Shown in pieces: positions 18,673-28,298 of a DNA stretch of 64,000 nt; position 1 is the stretch's first letter, and every line of letters starts with the position of its first letter. A program made the position numbers and the translations under genes. A model generated the notes under the pieces. That model was not told the DNA's origin, did not search any database, and worked only from the letters and a program-made list of their open reading frames with translations. The stretch is from Thermoanaerobaculia bacterium (GTDB lineage Bacteria > Acidobacteriota > Thermoanaerobaculia > Multivoradales > Multivoraceae), in the NCBI GenBank assembly GCA_963666565.1, contig OY762911.1:960001-1024000 (forward strand), written 5' to 3'.

Positions 18673-21600
18673 CTCCGCTTGTCGCTGCGCCACCGCCTGC
18701 TGGTGGTCGCGGCGGCGGCGGTGCTCACCGTCGTCGGGGCGGCGTGGATCCTGAACCTGCCGGTGGACATCTTCCCCGACCTCTCGGCCCCCACGGTGAC
18801 CGTGATCACCGAGGCGCCGGGAAAGGCCGCCGAGGAGGTCGAGCTTCTCGTGACTTATGCGGTCGAGTCCGCGATCAACGGATCGCCGGGCGTGCGGCGG
18901 CTGCGTTCCATCTCGGCCGACGGCATCTCGGTGGCCTGGGTCGAGTTCGACTGGGGCACCGACATCTACCGGGCACGCCAAGTCGTGAACGAGCGGCTGC
19001 AGCGCGTCGACCTGCCGGCGCAGGCGGAGAGGCCGGAGCTCGGGCCGATCTCCTCGATCATGGGCGAGATCACCTTCATCGCGATGACCTCGGCGCCGGT
19101 CGAGGACGGCGGCGTCGACGCGATGGAACTGCGCCGCGTCGCCGAGACGGTCGTCCGCCGCAACCTGTTGTCGATCCCCGGGGTCTCGCAAGTCGTGCCC
19201 ATCGGCGGCGAACGGCGGCAGCTTCAGGTCACGGTGCGGCCGACCGCCCTGGCCCAGAACGGCCTGCCGCTCGCGGACGTCATCGACGCCGTGGCCAGGT
19301 CCAGCCGCAGCCTCGCCGCCGGCTTCCACGTGGAGGCCGGCGAGGAGCACATCGTGCGCGTCCGCAGCCGCGCCCGGACGCCGGGCGAAGTCGCCGCGTC
19401 CGTCGTGCGGGTCGATGGCGGCATTCCGCTGCGGGTCGGCGACGTGGCCGAGGTCGAGTGGGGGCCTGCCCCGGCGCGCGGGACCGGCTCCTACCGCAAC
19501 CGCCCGGCGGTCATCCTGTCGGTGCAGAAGCAGCCGGGGGCCAACACGCTGGAGCTCACCCGGACGATCGACGGCGCCCTCGCCCGGCTGCAGACGGTGC
19601 TCCCCGCGGGCGTCGTGCTCGAGAGCGAGAACTTCCGCCAGGCCGACTTCATCGAGGTGGCGATCGGCAACGTCGCCGAGGCGCTGCGCGACGGGGCGAT
19701 CCTCGTCATCGTCATCCTGGCGCTGTTTCTGGGGAGCGTCCGCACCACGTTCATCTCGGCGTTCGCGATCCCGCTGTCGCTCGTTGCCGGGGTTCTCGCG
19801 ATCGCGGCCTTCGGGCTGCAGATCGACACGATGACGCTCGGCGGCCTGTCGATCGCCATCGGGCTGCTGGTGGACGACGCGATCATCGCGATCGAGAACA
19901 TCTTCCGGCGGATGCGGGACGAGCGCGGCCTGCCGGAGGGCGAGCGCCGCCCGGCCGAAGAGGTCGTGGCGGCTGCGACGCGGGAGGTGCTGAGCCCGAT
20001 TCTGCTGGCGACCCTGATCGTCGTCCTGGTCTTCGTGCCGATCTTCTTCCTGCCGGGGCTGGAGGGCCGCCTGCTGCGGCCGCTCGGCTTCGCCTTCATC
20101 GCGGCGCTCGCCGCGTCGCTGATGGTGGCGCTGACGGTGACGCCGGTGCTCGCCGTGCTGTTCCTGGGCCGGGCGCGGGCGCTCCGGGCGCGGCCGCCGT
20201 GGCTGCTGCGCGCCTTCCGGTCGGCCTACGCGCCGACCCTCGACTGGTGCCTCTCGCATCGCTGGGCGGTGCTCGGTTCGGCGGCCGCGCTGGTGATGGT
20301 CGCGGTCGCGCTGCTGCCGGGGTTGGGCCGCAGCTTCCTGCCGGCCTTCAACGAGGGATCGCTGACCGTCACGGTGGTGAGCCCGCCCGGCATCCCGCTG
20401 GCGGAGAGCGACCGGCTGGGCAGCCGGGTCGAGGAGGCGCTGCTCGCGTTCCCGGAGGTCGTCTCGACCAGCCGGCGCACCGGCCGCGCCGAACGGGACG
20501 AGCACGTCCAGGGGGTGAACGCCTCGGAGATGGAGGTCGTGCTGGCGCCGCTCGAAGACGGTCGCTCCAAGGACGAACTGGTCGCCGGGATGCGGCAGGC
20601 CGTGGCCGGAATTCCGGCGGTGACCGTCTCGTTCGGGCAGCCGATCAGCCACCGGATCGACCACATGATCTCGGGCTCGCGGACGAACCTGGCGGTGAAA
20701 GTCGAGGGACCCGACCTCGCGGTGCTGCGGACGCTGGCAGCGCGGATCGAGCAGGTGCTGGCCACCGTGCCCGGCATCGTCGATCTCTCGAACGAGGAGC
20801 AGTCGCCGGTGCCGCAGATGGTGGTCGACTTCGACCGCGCGGCGATGGCCCGCTACGGCTTGAGCCTGGCCGACGCGGGCGAGGCGGTCGAGGCGCTGTT
20901 CCAGGGCGTCGTCGTCGGCGAGATCGTGGAGGAGGGTCTGGCGTCCGACATCGCCGTCCGCCTGCCGCCGGATCTTCGGGCCGAGCCGGACAAGGTGGCG
21001 GCGCTGCCGGTCTCGACGCCGCGCGGGGACCTCGTCCGCCTGGGCGCCGTCGCTGGCGTGCGGCACGCCCTCGGCCCGTCGCTCATCCGGCGGGAGAACG
21101 CCCAGCGGGTGGCGATGGTGACCGCCAACGTCGCCGGCGCCGACCTGGTCGGCACGGTGGAGCGGGCCCAGGCCGCGCTCGACGCCGAGATCGACCTGCC
21201 GGCCGGCTACCTGGTGACCTTCGGCGGGCAGTTCGAGGAGGCCGGCCGCCGCCTGTACACGATGGGCCTGCTCGTCGCGCTCATCCTGGCGGGCATGTAC
21301 GGGCTGCTCTACCTGGAGTTCGGCAGCCACCGCGACACCCTGGCGATGCTCGTCAACGTGCCGCTCGCCCTGGTCGGCGGCGTGGTCGCGGTGGCGCTGG
21401 GCGGCGGCGTGCTGTCGCTGGCGACGGTGGTCGGCTTCGTCACCCTGTTCGGGATCGCGACCCGCAACGGCGTGCTGCTGGTGAGCAACTACCGGCGGCT
21501 GCTCGCCGCGGGGCTGCCGCTGGACGAAGCCGTGCGGCGCGGCTCGGAGGAGCGCATGGCGCCCATCCTGATGACCGCGCTGACGGCCGGCCTGGCGCTG

Positions 21601-21738
21601 GTGCCGCTGGTGCTGGGCGCCGGCGAGCCCGGCAACGAGATCCTGAGCCCGATGGCCCAGGTCATCCTCGGCGGCCTGCTGACGTCGACGTTCCTGAACC
21701 TGGTGGTCGTGCCCGTGCTCTACGCTAGGCGGTCATGA
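18652..21738 (+). CDS. CusA/CzcA-family heavy-metal RND permease
   Basis: DIFPDL, IGLLVDDAII, EGRLLRPL, GIATRNG, ERMAPILMTA. Confidence 0.95.
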   Translation: MGPLERLLRLSLRHRLLVVAAAAVLTVVGAAWILNLPVDIFPDLSAPTVTVITEAPGKAAEEVELLVTYAVESAINGSPGVRRLRSISADGISVAWVEFDWGTDIYRARQVVNERLQRVDLPAQAERPELGPISSIMGEITFIAMTSAPVEDGGVDAMELRRVAETVVRRNLLSIPGVSQVVPIGGERRQLQVTVRPTALAQNGLPLADVIDAVARSSRSLAAGFHVEAGEEHIVRVRSRARTPGEVAASVVRVDGGIPLRVGDVAEVEWGPAPARGTGSYRNRPAVILSVQKQPGANTLELTRTIDGALARLQTVLPAGVVLESENFRQADFIEVAIGNVAEALRDGAILVIVILALFLGSVRTTFISAFAIPLSLVAGVLAIAAFGLQIDTMTLGGLSIAIGLLVDDAIIAIENIFRRMRDERGLPEGERRPAEEVVAAATREVLSPILLATLIVVLVFVPIFFLPGLEGRLLRPLGFAFIAALAASLMVALTVTPVLAVLFLGRARALRARPPWLLRAFRSAYAPTLDWCLSHRWAVLGSAAALVMVAVALLPGLGRSFLPAFNEGSLTVTVVSPPGIPLAESDRLGSRVEEALLAFPEVVSTSRRTGRAERDEHVQGVNASEMEVVLAPLEDGRSKDELVAGMRQAVAGIPAVTVSFGQPISHRIDHMISGSRTNLAVKVEGPDLAVLRTLAARIEQVLATVPGIVDLSNEEQSPVPQMVVDFDRAAMARYGLSLADAGEAVEALFQGVVVGEIVEEGLASDIAVRLPPDLRAEPDKVAALPVSTPRGDLVRLGAVAGVRHALGPSLIRRENAQRVAMVTANVAGADLVGTVERAQAALDAEIDLPAGYLVTFGGQFEEAGRRLYTMGLLVALILAGMYGLLYLEFGSHRDTLAMLVNVPLALVGGVVAVALGGGVLSLATVVGFVTLFGIATRNGVLLVSNYRRLLAAGLPLDEAVRRGSEERMAPILMTALTAGLALVPLVLGAGEPGNEILSPMAQVILGGLLTSTFLNLVVVPVLYARRS

Positions 21739-23504
21739 GTCGCTTGGTCCGCTTCGCCGCTGTTCTCGCCCTTCCCCTGCTCCTCGCCTGCAGCGGGGAG
21801 ATCTCCCGCGACGCCTCCGCCGACGCCGCCCTCATCGCCGCCGCCGGCGACGAGTACCTCGACTTCGTCGCCGCCCGCGACCCCTACCTCAAGTTCCGGC
21901 GCGGCGAGCGGGTGGAGTCCTTCCCGGACTCGACCCTCGAAGCCGCCGAAGTCGACGCCGCCTTCGCCCGGGATCTCCTCGATCGGCTGGCCGCCATCGA
22001 CGAAGAGGCGATCGACCACGAGGACTGGCTTTCGCTCGAACTCCTGCGCTGGAACCTCGGCATGCTGGTCGAAGCGCCGAAGCACTACTGGGCCGACTTC
22101 AACGTCACCCCCTACGCGGGCGGCGGCTTCGTCCTGAACATCCTTCACCAGGTGCTCGGCGCCGCTCCGGTCGCGACCGACGAGGACCGCGCGCACTATC
22201 TCCACCTGCTCGGCGAGTACGCCCAGGCCATCGGCCAACTCGCCGACAAGGTGGCCGGGCAGAAGGAGCGCGGCATCTACCTGCCGAAGGCGCAGGTTCC
22301 CGCCGTCGCTGGGATGTTCGAGGGCTACCGCGGCCGGCTCGACGAGCTGTTCGTGCCTGCCGCCGACCGCGCCGGCGACGGGGCCGGCGACTTCCTGGCC
22401 CAGGTCCGCGAGGCGGTCGAGACCGCGGTCGACCCGCAGTTCGCCCGCCTGATCGCCGAGCTCGGCGACGACTACCTGGATTCGGCGCCGGAGCAGGTCG
22501 GTCTGGGCGCCGTGCCCGGCGGCCGCGAGCTCTACGTCCACCGCGTGCGGATGCACACGACGACAAACCTCACGCCGGAGGAGATCCACCAGCTCGGCCT
22601 CGACGAAGTCGCGCGCCTCGAAGCGGAATTGGCGGCGCTGCGCGAGGAGATCGGCTTCAAGGCCGCGTCCGAAGAGACCGCAATGAAGGAGTTCCTCGAC
22701 CAGGTCCGCGCCGACCCGCGCTTCATCGCGGCGTCGCCCGAGGAGGTCGAGGAGCGCTACATGGGCTACATCGAGAAGATCGAGCCGCACGTGGCCGACT
22801 ACTTCAGCGTGTTGCCCGAAGCGCCCTACGGCGTCCGCCGGCTCGATGAGACCTCCGAGGCGACGATGACCTTCGGCGTCTACCAGCTACCGACCTCCGT
22901 CAACCCGCGGGGCGAGTATCGCTACAACGGCTCCGACCTCGAGAACCGCTCCCTGTTCTCGGCTCAGGGGCTGATCTACCACGAGCTGATCCCCGGCCAT
23001 CACTTCCAGCTCGCCCTGGCCAACGAGCGCGAGGACCTGCCCCGCTTCCGCCGCGAGACGATCGGCTACGGCGCCTTCACCGAGGGCTGGGCCGAGTACG
23101 CCGCCAACCTCGGCAAGGAGATGGGCGTCTACGAGAACGCCTACGACCTGTACGGCCGCCTGGTGATGGAGATGTTCATCTCCTGCCGCCTGGTGCTCGA
23201 TACCGGCATGAACTACTTCGGCTGGGACATCGAGCGCGCCCGCGAGTACATGAGCGCGCGGGTCGTCTACTCCGACGTCGAGGTCGCCACCGAACTCCTG
23301 CGCTACTCCGCCGACATCCACGGCCAGGCGCTGGCCTACCGCATCGGCAACCTGGAGATCGCCCGACTCCGGGCGAAAGCCGAAGAAGCCCTCGGGGAGA
23401 AGTTCGACATCAAGGCCTTCCACGCCGCCGTCATCGGTAGCGGCGCCATGCCGATGGTCGTGCTGGAAGAGCACATCGACTGGTGGATCGACCAGCAGGA
23501 GTAA
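21735..23504 (+). CDS. DUF885 family lipoprotein (putative metallopeptidase)
   Basis: LLACS lipobox, YHELIPGHHFQ, FTEGWAEY, RLVLDTG, GQALAY. Confidence 0.9.
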   Translation: MSRLVRFAAVLALPLLLACSGEISRDASADAALIAAAGDEYLDFVAARDPYLKFRRGERVESFPDSTLEAAEVDAAFARDLLDRLAAIDEEAIDHEDWLSLELLRWNLGMLVEAPKHYWADFNVTPYAGGGFVLNILHQVLGAAPVATDEDRAHYLHLLGEYAQAIGQLADKVAGQKERGIYLPKAQVPAVAGMFEGYRGRLDELFVPAADRAGDGAGDFLAQVREAVETAVDPQFARLIAELGDDYLDSAPEQVGLGAVPGGRELYVHRVRMHTTTNLTPEEIHQLGLDEVARLEAELAALREEIGFKAASEETAMKEFLDQVRADPRFIAASPEEVEERYMGYIEKIEPHVADYFSVLPEAPYGVRRLDETSEATMTFGVYQLPTSVNPRGEYRYNGSDLENRSLFSAQGLIYHELIPGHHFQLALANEREDLPRFRRETIGYGAFTEGWAEYAANLGKEMGVYENAYDLYGRLVMEMFISCRLVLDTGMNYFGWDIERAREYMSARVVYSDVEVATELLRYSADIHGQALAYRIGNLEIARLRAKAEEALGEKFDIKAFHAAVIGSGAMPMVVLEEHIDWWIDQQE

Positions 23505-23522
23505 GCCGCCGGGCGCGCTCCG

Positions 23523-23599
23523 CTGGGTGCGCGGGTCTTCCGACCCGCTTGCCGCCGAAGGCGGCCAGGAGAATCGTCGCCGGCCTTTGGCCGGCGGCC
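23523..23599 (+). repeat. REP-like element subtype A
   Basis: Core plus GCCGCCGAAGGCGGC and GCCGGCCTTTGGCCGGC. Confidence 0.9.
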
Positions 23600-23675
23600 C
23601 TTCCTGGTCCTGGGCGCCATCAAGCCATGGCCCCGGATACGATTTGGCGCGACCCTCGGCATTCGAGGACAGGCA

Positions 23676-23915
23676 ATGAAGTTGCACTACTACCACGACG
23701 CGGACAGCCTCTACGTGGAGTTCAGGCACGAACCGAGCGCAGAAACCCGGGAGATTGCCGACGGTCTGCGACTCCACCGCCTGCGCGCGGCCGACGCGCT
23801 GCAGTTGGCGGCGGCGCTCATGGCGGCCTCGGAGGATCCGTCCGCCCTTGAGTTCGTGGTCAGCGACGAACGACTTTCGCAGGCAGCGCGGGCGGAGGGC
23901 TTCCGCGTCCGCTGA
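23676..23915 (+). pseudogene. Chimera of a DUF2283-like antitoxin N-terminus and a PIN/VapC C-terminus
   Basis: MKLHYYHDADSLYVEF...TREIADG joined to LRAADALQLAAAL...FVVSDERLSQAARAEGF. Confidence 0.7.
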
Positions 23916-23956
23916 TGGGGCGGCGTAGGCCGTCCTCGGCGTTGGCGCCCCATCCC

Positions 23957-24034
23957 ATGTCCGACAACCACACGCAGCGCATCGTCGACAAGGTGTGGAG
24001 CTTCGCGCACCTGCTCCGCGACGGGAGGCGGTAG
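23957..24034 (+). pseudogene. 25-codon fragment resembling a type I R-M HsdM N-terminus
   Basis: MSDNHTQRIVDKVWSFAHLLRDG then stop. Confidence 0.5.
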
Positions 24035-24071
24035 TCTGTACGGCACCGCTACCGAAGAGGGAGGACTTGCC

Positions 24072-24887
24072 ATGCGCCGACCCGGAATCCCCGTCACCAT
24101 CTTCGCCACGTTCGTCGCCTTCATCGCCTTCCCGGCGTGCCAGACCGACACTGCCGGCGAGGCGGCCGCCGAAGGCGAGATGGACGCCGAGCACGAAGAA
24201 AGCGCGGGCGACGGCGAGGTCCACTGGTCCTACGAAGGCGACACCGGTCCCGCCATGTGGGGCTCCCTCGACCCGTCCTTCGCGGCCTGCGACGACGGCA
24301 CGCGGCAGTCGCCCGTGGACATCGCCGGGGCGGTGGCCGGCGGCGAGAGCGAACTCGAGATCCGCTGGCAGGCCGGCGACGCCGAGGTAGTCGACAACGG
24401 CCACACCATCGTGGTCAACGTGGCGGAGGGAAGCGCGATCAGTCTGGAGGGACGGGAGTTCGCGCTGCTGCAGTTCCACTTCCACCATCCCAGTGAGCAC
24501 ACGGTGGAGGGAAGCGCAGCCCCGATCGACATCCACTTCGTGCACGCGGCCGCGGAGGGCGACCTGGCGGTGATCGGAGTGTTCCTGGAGGCGGGCGAAG
24601 CCGATCCGACCATCCAGAGCATCTGGGATGCGATTCCTTCCGCCGGCGAGTCGCCCGGAGCACTGGCCGCGTTCGATCCGCGAGCGTTGCTGCCGGAGGG
24701 AGGCAGCCACTACCGCTATCCCGGTTCACTGACCACGCCGGGCTGCTCGGAGATCGTCAGTTGGGTGGTGATGGCCGAGTCGATCGCGGTTTCCCAGGAG
24801 CAGGTCGAGGCGTTCGCGGCCATCTATCCGATGAACGCGCGCCCGGTGCAGCCGCTGAACGAACGGACGATCGAACGGAAGGACTGA
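24072..24887 (+). CDS. Alpha-class carbonic anhydrase, lipoprotein
   Basis: HWSYEG, QSPVDI, QFHFH..SEH, HFVH, YPGSLTTP.CSE, NARPVQPLN. Confidence 0.95.
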   Translation: MRRPGIPVTIFATFVAFIAFPACQTDTAGEAAAEGEMDAEHEESAGDGEVHWSYEGDTGPAMWGSLDPSFAACDDGTRQSPVDIAGAVAGGESELEIRWQAGDAEVVDNGHTIVVNVAEGSAISLEGREFALLQFHFHHPSEHTVEGSAAPIDIHFVHAAAEGDLAVIGVFLEAGEADPTIQSIWDAIPSAGESPGALAAFDPRALLPEGGSHYRYPGSLTTPGCSEIVSWVVMAESIAVSQEQVEAFAAIYPMNARPVQPLNERTIERKD

Positions 24888-24902
24888 GCCGTTCGTTCGG
24901 CT

Positions 24903-26168
24903 TCACGCGCCGCTGTCCCGGTCGCGTTCTTCGCGAACGGTCCGGGTGCTGTCCACGCTTGAGGGAAGCCGTCGCCGCATCGTCGCGGCGCCGGCGGCGA
25001 AGTCGCCTCCGCCGACCACTTCGTCCTCCCAGAGGCACTCCAGGAAACGCTCCCACGGCAGAATCCAGATCCCGTCGTCCGTGCGTCTGACCGCGTCCTC
25101 GTTGCAGACGACGATGGCGGTCCGCGGACAGTGCTCCTCGACGAACGCTCGCAGGCCCTTGAGGTCCGCTCGCCGCACTCGGCTGGCGCCCTTGACTTCG
25201 AGCGCCACTTCCCCGTCGCGGCCCAGGACGAAGTCGCACTCGCGACCGGACCTCGTGCGCCAGAACCGGATGGGGAAGTCGCGCTCGCGGTAGGAGCGGT
25301 AGGCCAGCAACTCCATCAGGACGAAGTGTTCCAGGGCGCGCCCGAACTCGGGTCCCGCGGCCTTCTCGATGCGCCGGCCCGCGATGTGGTTCGCGACGCC
25401 CACGTCGAACAGGTAGAACTTCGGCGCGGCGGTGATCACGGATCGCGAAGGCCGCCGGCTGAAGGGCTCGACGAGCACGCCGAGCAGCGTGTCGACCAGG
25501 ATTTGGAAGTACTCCTTGACGGTCTTCGAACTGACGCCGCAGTCCCGCGCGACGTTGCTGTAGTTCAGCATCTCGCCGTTGCAGAACGCGAGCGCCTCGA
25601 AGAACCGCGAGAACGCGGGGGCGTTGCGGGTCAGTCCCTCGTCGAACACCTCCTCCTTGAGGTAGTCGTCCACGTACCCGGCCAGCGCTCGGCGATGGTG
25701 CGCCGAGTCGTAGTGCTCGGGGACGAGCCCGCGGTTCAGGGCCGCCAGCAGGTCGAAGTCGGGGATCTCGCGCCAAGTCAGCGGATGAAGCGCGAAGCGC
25801 CAAGCGCGGCCGCCGAGGAGGTTGGCGCTTCCGCGCTTCAGTTTGCGGGCGCTGGAGCCGCACAGGACGAAGCTGAGGCGTTCGCTCTCGATGAGTCGAT
25901 GCACTTCGTCGAGGAGCGCGGGCGCCTTCTGGACCTCGTCGATCAGGATCGGCAACTTGCGCCTGGCGCCCTCGGCCGCCGCGATGCGTTCGCCGAGGGT
26001 CCAGGGCGCGCGGGTGAACTCGAGCATCAGGCGCGTGTCGAGCAGGTCGAAGCGAATCGACTCCGGGAACTGCTGCTGGAGCAGCGTGGACTTTCCGGTC
26101 TTCCTGGCGCCCCAGAGGAAGGCCGACTGGCCGCGCGGCAGTTCGATCCTGAGTTCGCGGGGATACAC
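24903..26168 (-). CDS. AAA_14 ATPase with DUF4143 (PD-(D/E)XK-like) C-terminus
   Basis: GARKTGKS, IDEVQK, GSS, PKFYLFDVG, FWRT..G.ECDF...EVK. Confidence 0.9.
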   Translation of the reverse strand: MYPRELRIELPRGQSAFLWGARKTGKSTLLQQQFPESIRFDLLDTRLMLEFTRAPWTLGERIAAAEGARRKLPILIDEVQKAPALLDEVHRLIESERLSFVLCGSSARKLKRGSANLLGGRAWRFALHPLTWREIPDFDLLAALNRGLVPEHYDSAHHRRALAGYVDDYLKEEVFDEGLTRNAPAFSRFFEALAFCNGEMLNYSNVARDCGVSSKTVKEYFQILVDTLLGVLVEPFSRRPSRSVITAAPKFYLFDVGVANHIAGRRIEKAAGPEFGRALEHFVLMELLAYRSYRERDFPIRFWRTRSGRECDFVLGRDGEVALEVKGASRVRRADLKGLRAFVEEHCPRTAIVVCNEDAVRRTDDGIWILPWERFLECLWEDEVVGGGDFAAGAATMRRRLPSSVDSTRTVREERDRDSGA

Positions 26169-26453
26169 GGTGGTGGGGTCTCCGATCTCGGAGTGTACTC
26201 CGAAATAGTCGAACTATCTCGGAGTTCGCTCCGGGAACGGAGGAGGTGCGGGATAACTGCCCACCGCGTGGGCGATGATCGCCCACGCGATGGGCGATCA
26301 TCAGCGAACGTTGTGAGAGTAGCCTTCGGGCCAATGAGAGCGCTCCTCTTCACCCTGCCCCGCGGTCTGGACGTGGAGAGCTTCGAGTCGCTCGGCCGGG
26401 AGTCGGGTCGCGGCACGCCGATCGGGGGAGTTGTTGTTGCGATCCGGCGCTAG

Positions 26454-28201
26454 CCCGCATGTTTCACCGATGCGGCGTTCGCGTCGGGTTTTGAGCTGAG
26501 GAAGGCGTTTTGGCGTTGGCCGGAGGCTCTCGCTGGGCTTGGGCGTCGCAGGCGGGTTCGAGTCGGCGTACGGAAGCGTCGCAGGCGGCTGCGGCGGCGC
26601 GGCTGGGCGATCTTCGGACGCACTTCGGCCGGGTGTCGATGCAAGGCGTGTTGTTGTGGGGTCCGATTCCGAGTCGGGTTTCAGGCCGGCGGGTGGTAGA
26701 GGGGTTTTCGTTGGAGGTTTGCCAAGGCCTGGGCGAAGTCGTTCTGCCAGGGGAAGGCGTCGGACAGGTGGATCCAGATGCGGCGGTGGGTGATGCGCAC
26801 TCTGGCGGCGACCTTGAGCAGGTGGAGGCGCAGAGTGCCGCACTGGAGGCGGGCCTTGCCGGTATCCGCGAGAGCGAGCCGTCGCACGGCGGCGAGCAGG
26901 ACGTAGGCGAAGGAGGAGAAGTAGAGGCGCAGTTGATTGGCGGCCATGGTGGCGCTCGAGGTGCGGTCGGCGAAGAGGTCGAGTTGCTGCTCCTTGATGC
27001 GGTTTTCCATGTCTCCGCGGGCGCAGTAGAGCTGCTCGTAGAGCGGCTGCTTGCCGGCGCGGCTCCTCCGCAGACTGGACACGACGAAGCGGGGATTCGC
27101 GCCCTTCGCGAGCCACTCCGCCTTGCCCACCACTCGCCTCTTGCGAGACCACGAAGTGTCGGTCCGGTAGCGGAACTCACGGAACCGGCGCGACGCCTTG
27201 CCGGTCGCATGGAAGCGCCGCCGCGACTTCTGAAGCGGTCGCCCAATCCGCCTCACAAGACGGCGATTCCTTGCCACGCCGAACACGAAGCCGATCCCCT
27301 GCCTCTCGCACCAGGCCATGATCCGCTCCCGGCAGAAGCCCGAGTCGCCGCGCAGGACGATTCGCACCTCCGGCCAAGCCTCCCGAATCCGGGCGACGAT
27401 CGGCGTCAACTCCCGGATCGTGCCCGCGCTGCCATCCTGATTCGACCGCCGCAGCCGCGCCAGCAGCAGGTGCTCGCCACAGAACGCGTACAGAGGCATG
27501 TAGCAGTACGTACCGTAGTAGCCGTGGAAGAACCGGCCCTCCTGAGCCCCGTGCAAAGGATCGTCGGTCGCATCGAGGTCCAGCACGATCTCCGCGGGCG
27601 CCTCCTCGTGAGCCTCCAGAAACAGGTCCACCAACAGACGATCCAACGCCTTCGTGTCTGCCGGGATCCGCTTGTAGCGGTCGCCCGCCGCCTTGCCCGG
27701 ACGAGACAACTCCAGCCGATTCAACGCCGATGCGCTCGCCAGCGGACGACCCTTGTCCCGCGTCCGACGACGATCCGCGCCCGTGATGTCCGACTTGCCC
27801 ACCAGCAACGCCATGAACGCGTCCCGGCGAAGCTGGTTGTGGTCATTCAGGTCCTCGTAGCCCAGAGCCAGACCGTAGACCCGCTGAGCCACCAGATCAC
27901 GCACCGTGTGCTCGACCGCCGAGGGATTCCGGTAGTCCCGAAAACACGACGCCATCCGCTCCAGAAGACCGAGGCGAGCCTCCGTCTCCCGAAGCAGCAC
28001 GCCGCCGCCCTCAGACGTCAACTGGCCGCCGTCGAAACGAACCGTCACCCGACGGCGACCGTGGCGACCAAACTCAAGCTGCGACGGAGTACACTCTGTG
28101 ATCACGGGCCTCGCTCCTGCGGATCCTCCAAATGTCTGATACCACTTGGATTATCTGCCGGAAGAGGCCCGATCTCAAATCACCCCCGTGAGATATGCGG
28201 G
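26454..28201 (-). mobile_element. Complete IS1380-family element (1748 bp) with a 4-bp CTAG direct repeat
   Basis: IRs CCCGCATGTTTCAC (26454-26467) and GTGAGATATGCGGG (28188-28201), 12/14 match; CTAG at 26450-26453 and 28202-28205. Confidence 0.92.
26681..28105 (-). CDS. IS1380-family DDE transposase
   Basis: FDGGQLTSEGG, GYEDLND, LDLDATDD, RGDSGF, YCARGDMENRIKE. Confidence 0.95.
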   Translation of the reverse strand: MITECTPSQLEFGRHGRRRVTVRFDGGQLTSEGGGVLLRETEARLGLLERMASCFRDYRNPSAVEHTVRDLVAQRVYGLALGYEDLNDHNQLRRDAFMALLVGKSDITGADRRRTRDKGRPLASASALNRLELSRPGKAAGDRYKRIPADTKALDRLLVDLFLEAHEEAPAEIVLDLDATDDPLHGAQEGRFFHGYYGTYCYMPLYAFCGEHLLLARLRRSNQDGSAGTIRELTPIVARIREAWPEVRIVLRGDSGFCRERIMAWCERQGIGFVFGVARNRRLVRRIGRPLQKSRRRFHATGKASRRFREFRYRTDTSWSRKRRVVGKAEWLAKGANPRFVVSSLRRSRAGKQPLYEQLYCARGDMENRIKEQQLDLFADRTSSATMAANQLRLYFSSFAYVLLAAVRRLALADTGKARLQCGTLRLHLLKVAARVRITHRRIWIHLSDAFPWQNDFAQALANLQRKPLYHPPA

Positions 28202-28243
28202 CTAGGCGCGGCAGAAGCGGCACGGAGCACTTCGGCTCTGCGA

Positions 28244-28269
28244 CTGGGTGCGCCGGCGCCCCCGCCGGC
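28244..28269 (+). repeat. REP-like core subtype B
   Basis: CTGGGTGC-GCCGGCG-CCCC-CGCCGGC. Confidence 0.8.
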
Positions 28270-28298
28270 TTCTGGACTTCCGCCGCGCTAGATCAGCC

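Noticed and set aside
23600-24040. Integron cassette array
   Set aside because: No attC-like sites or integrase recognised.
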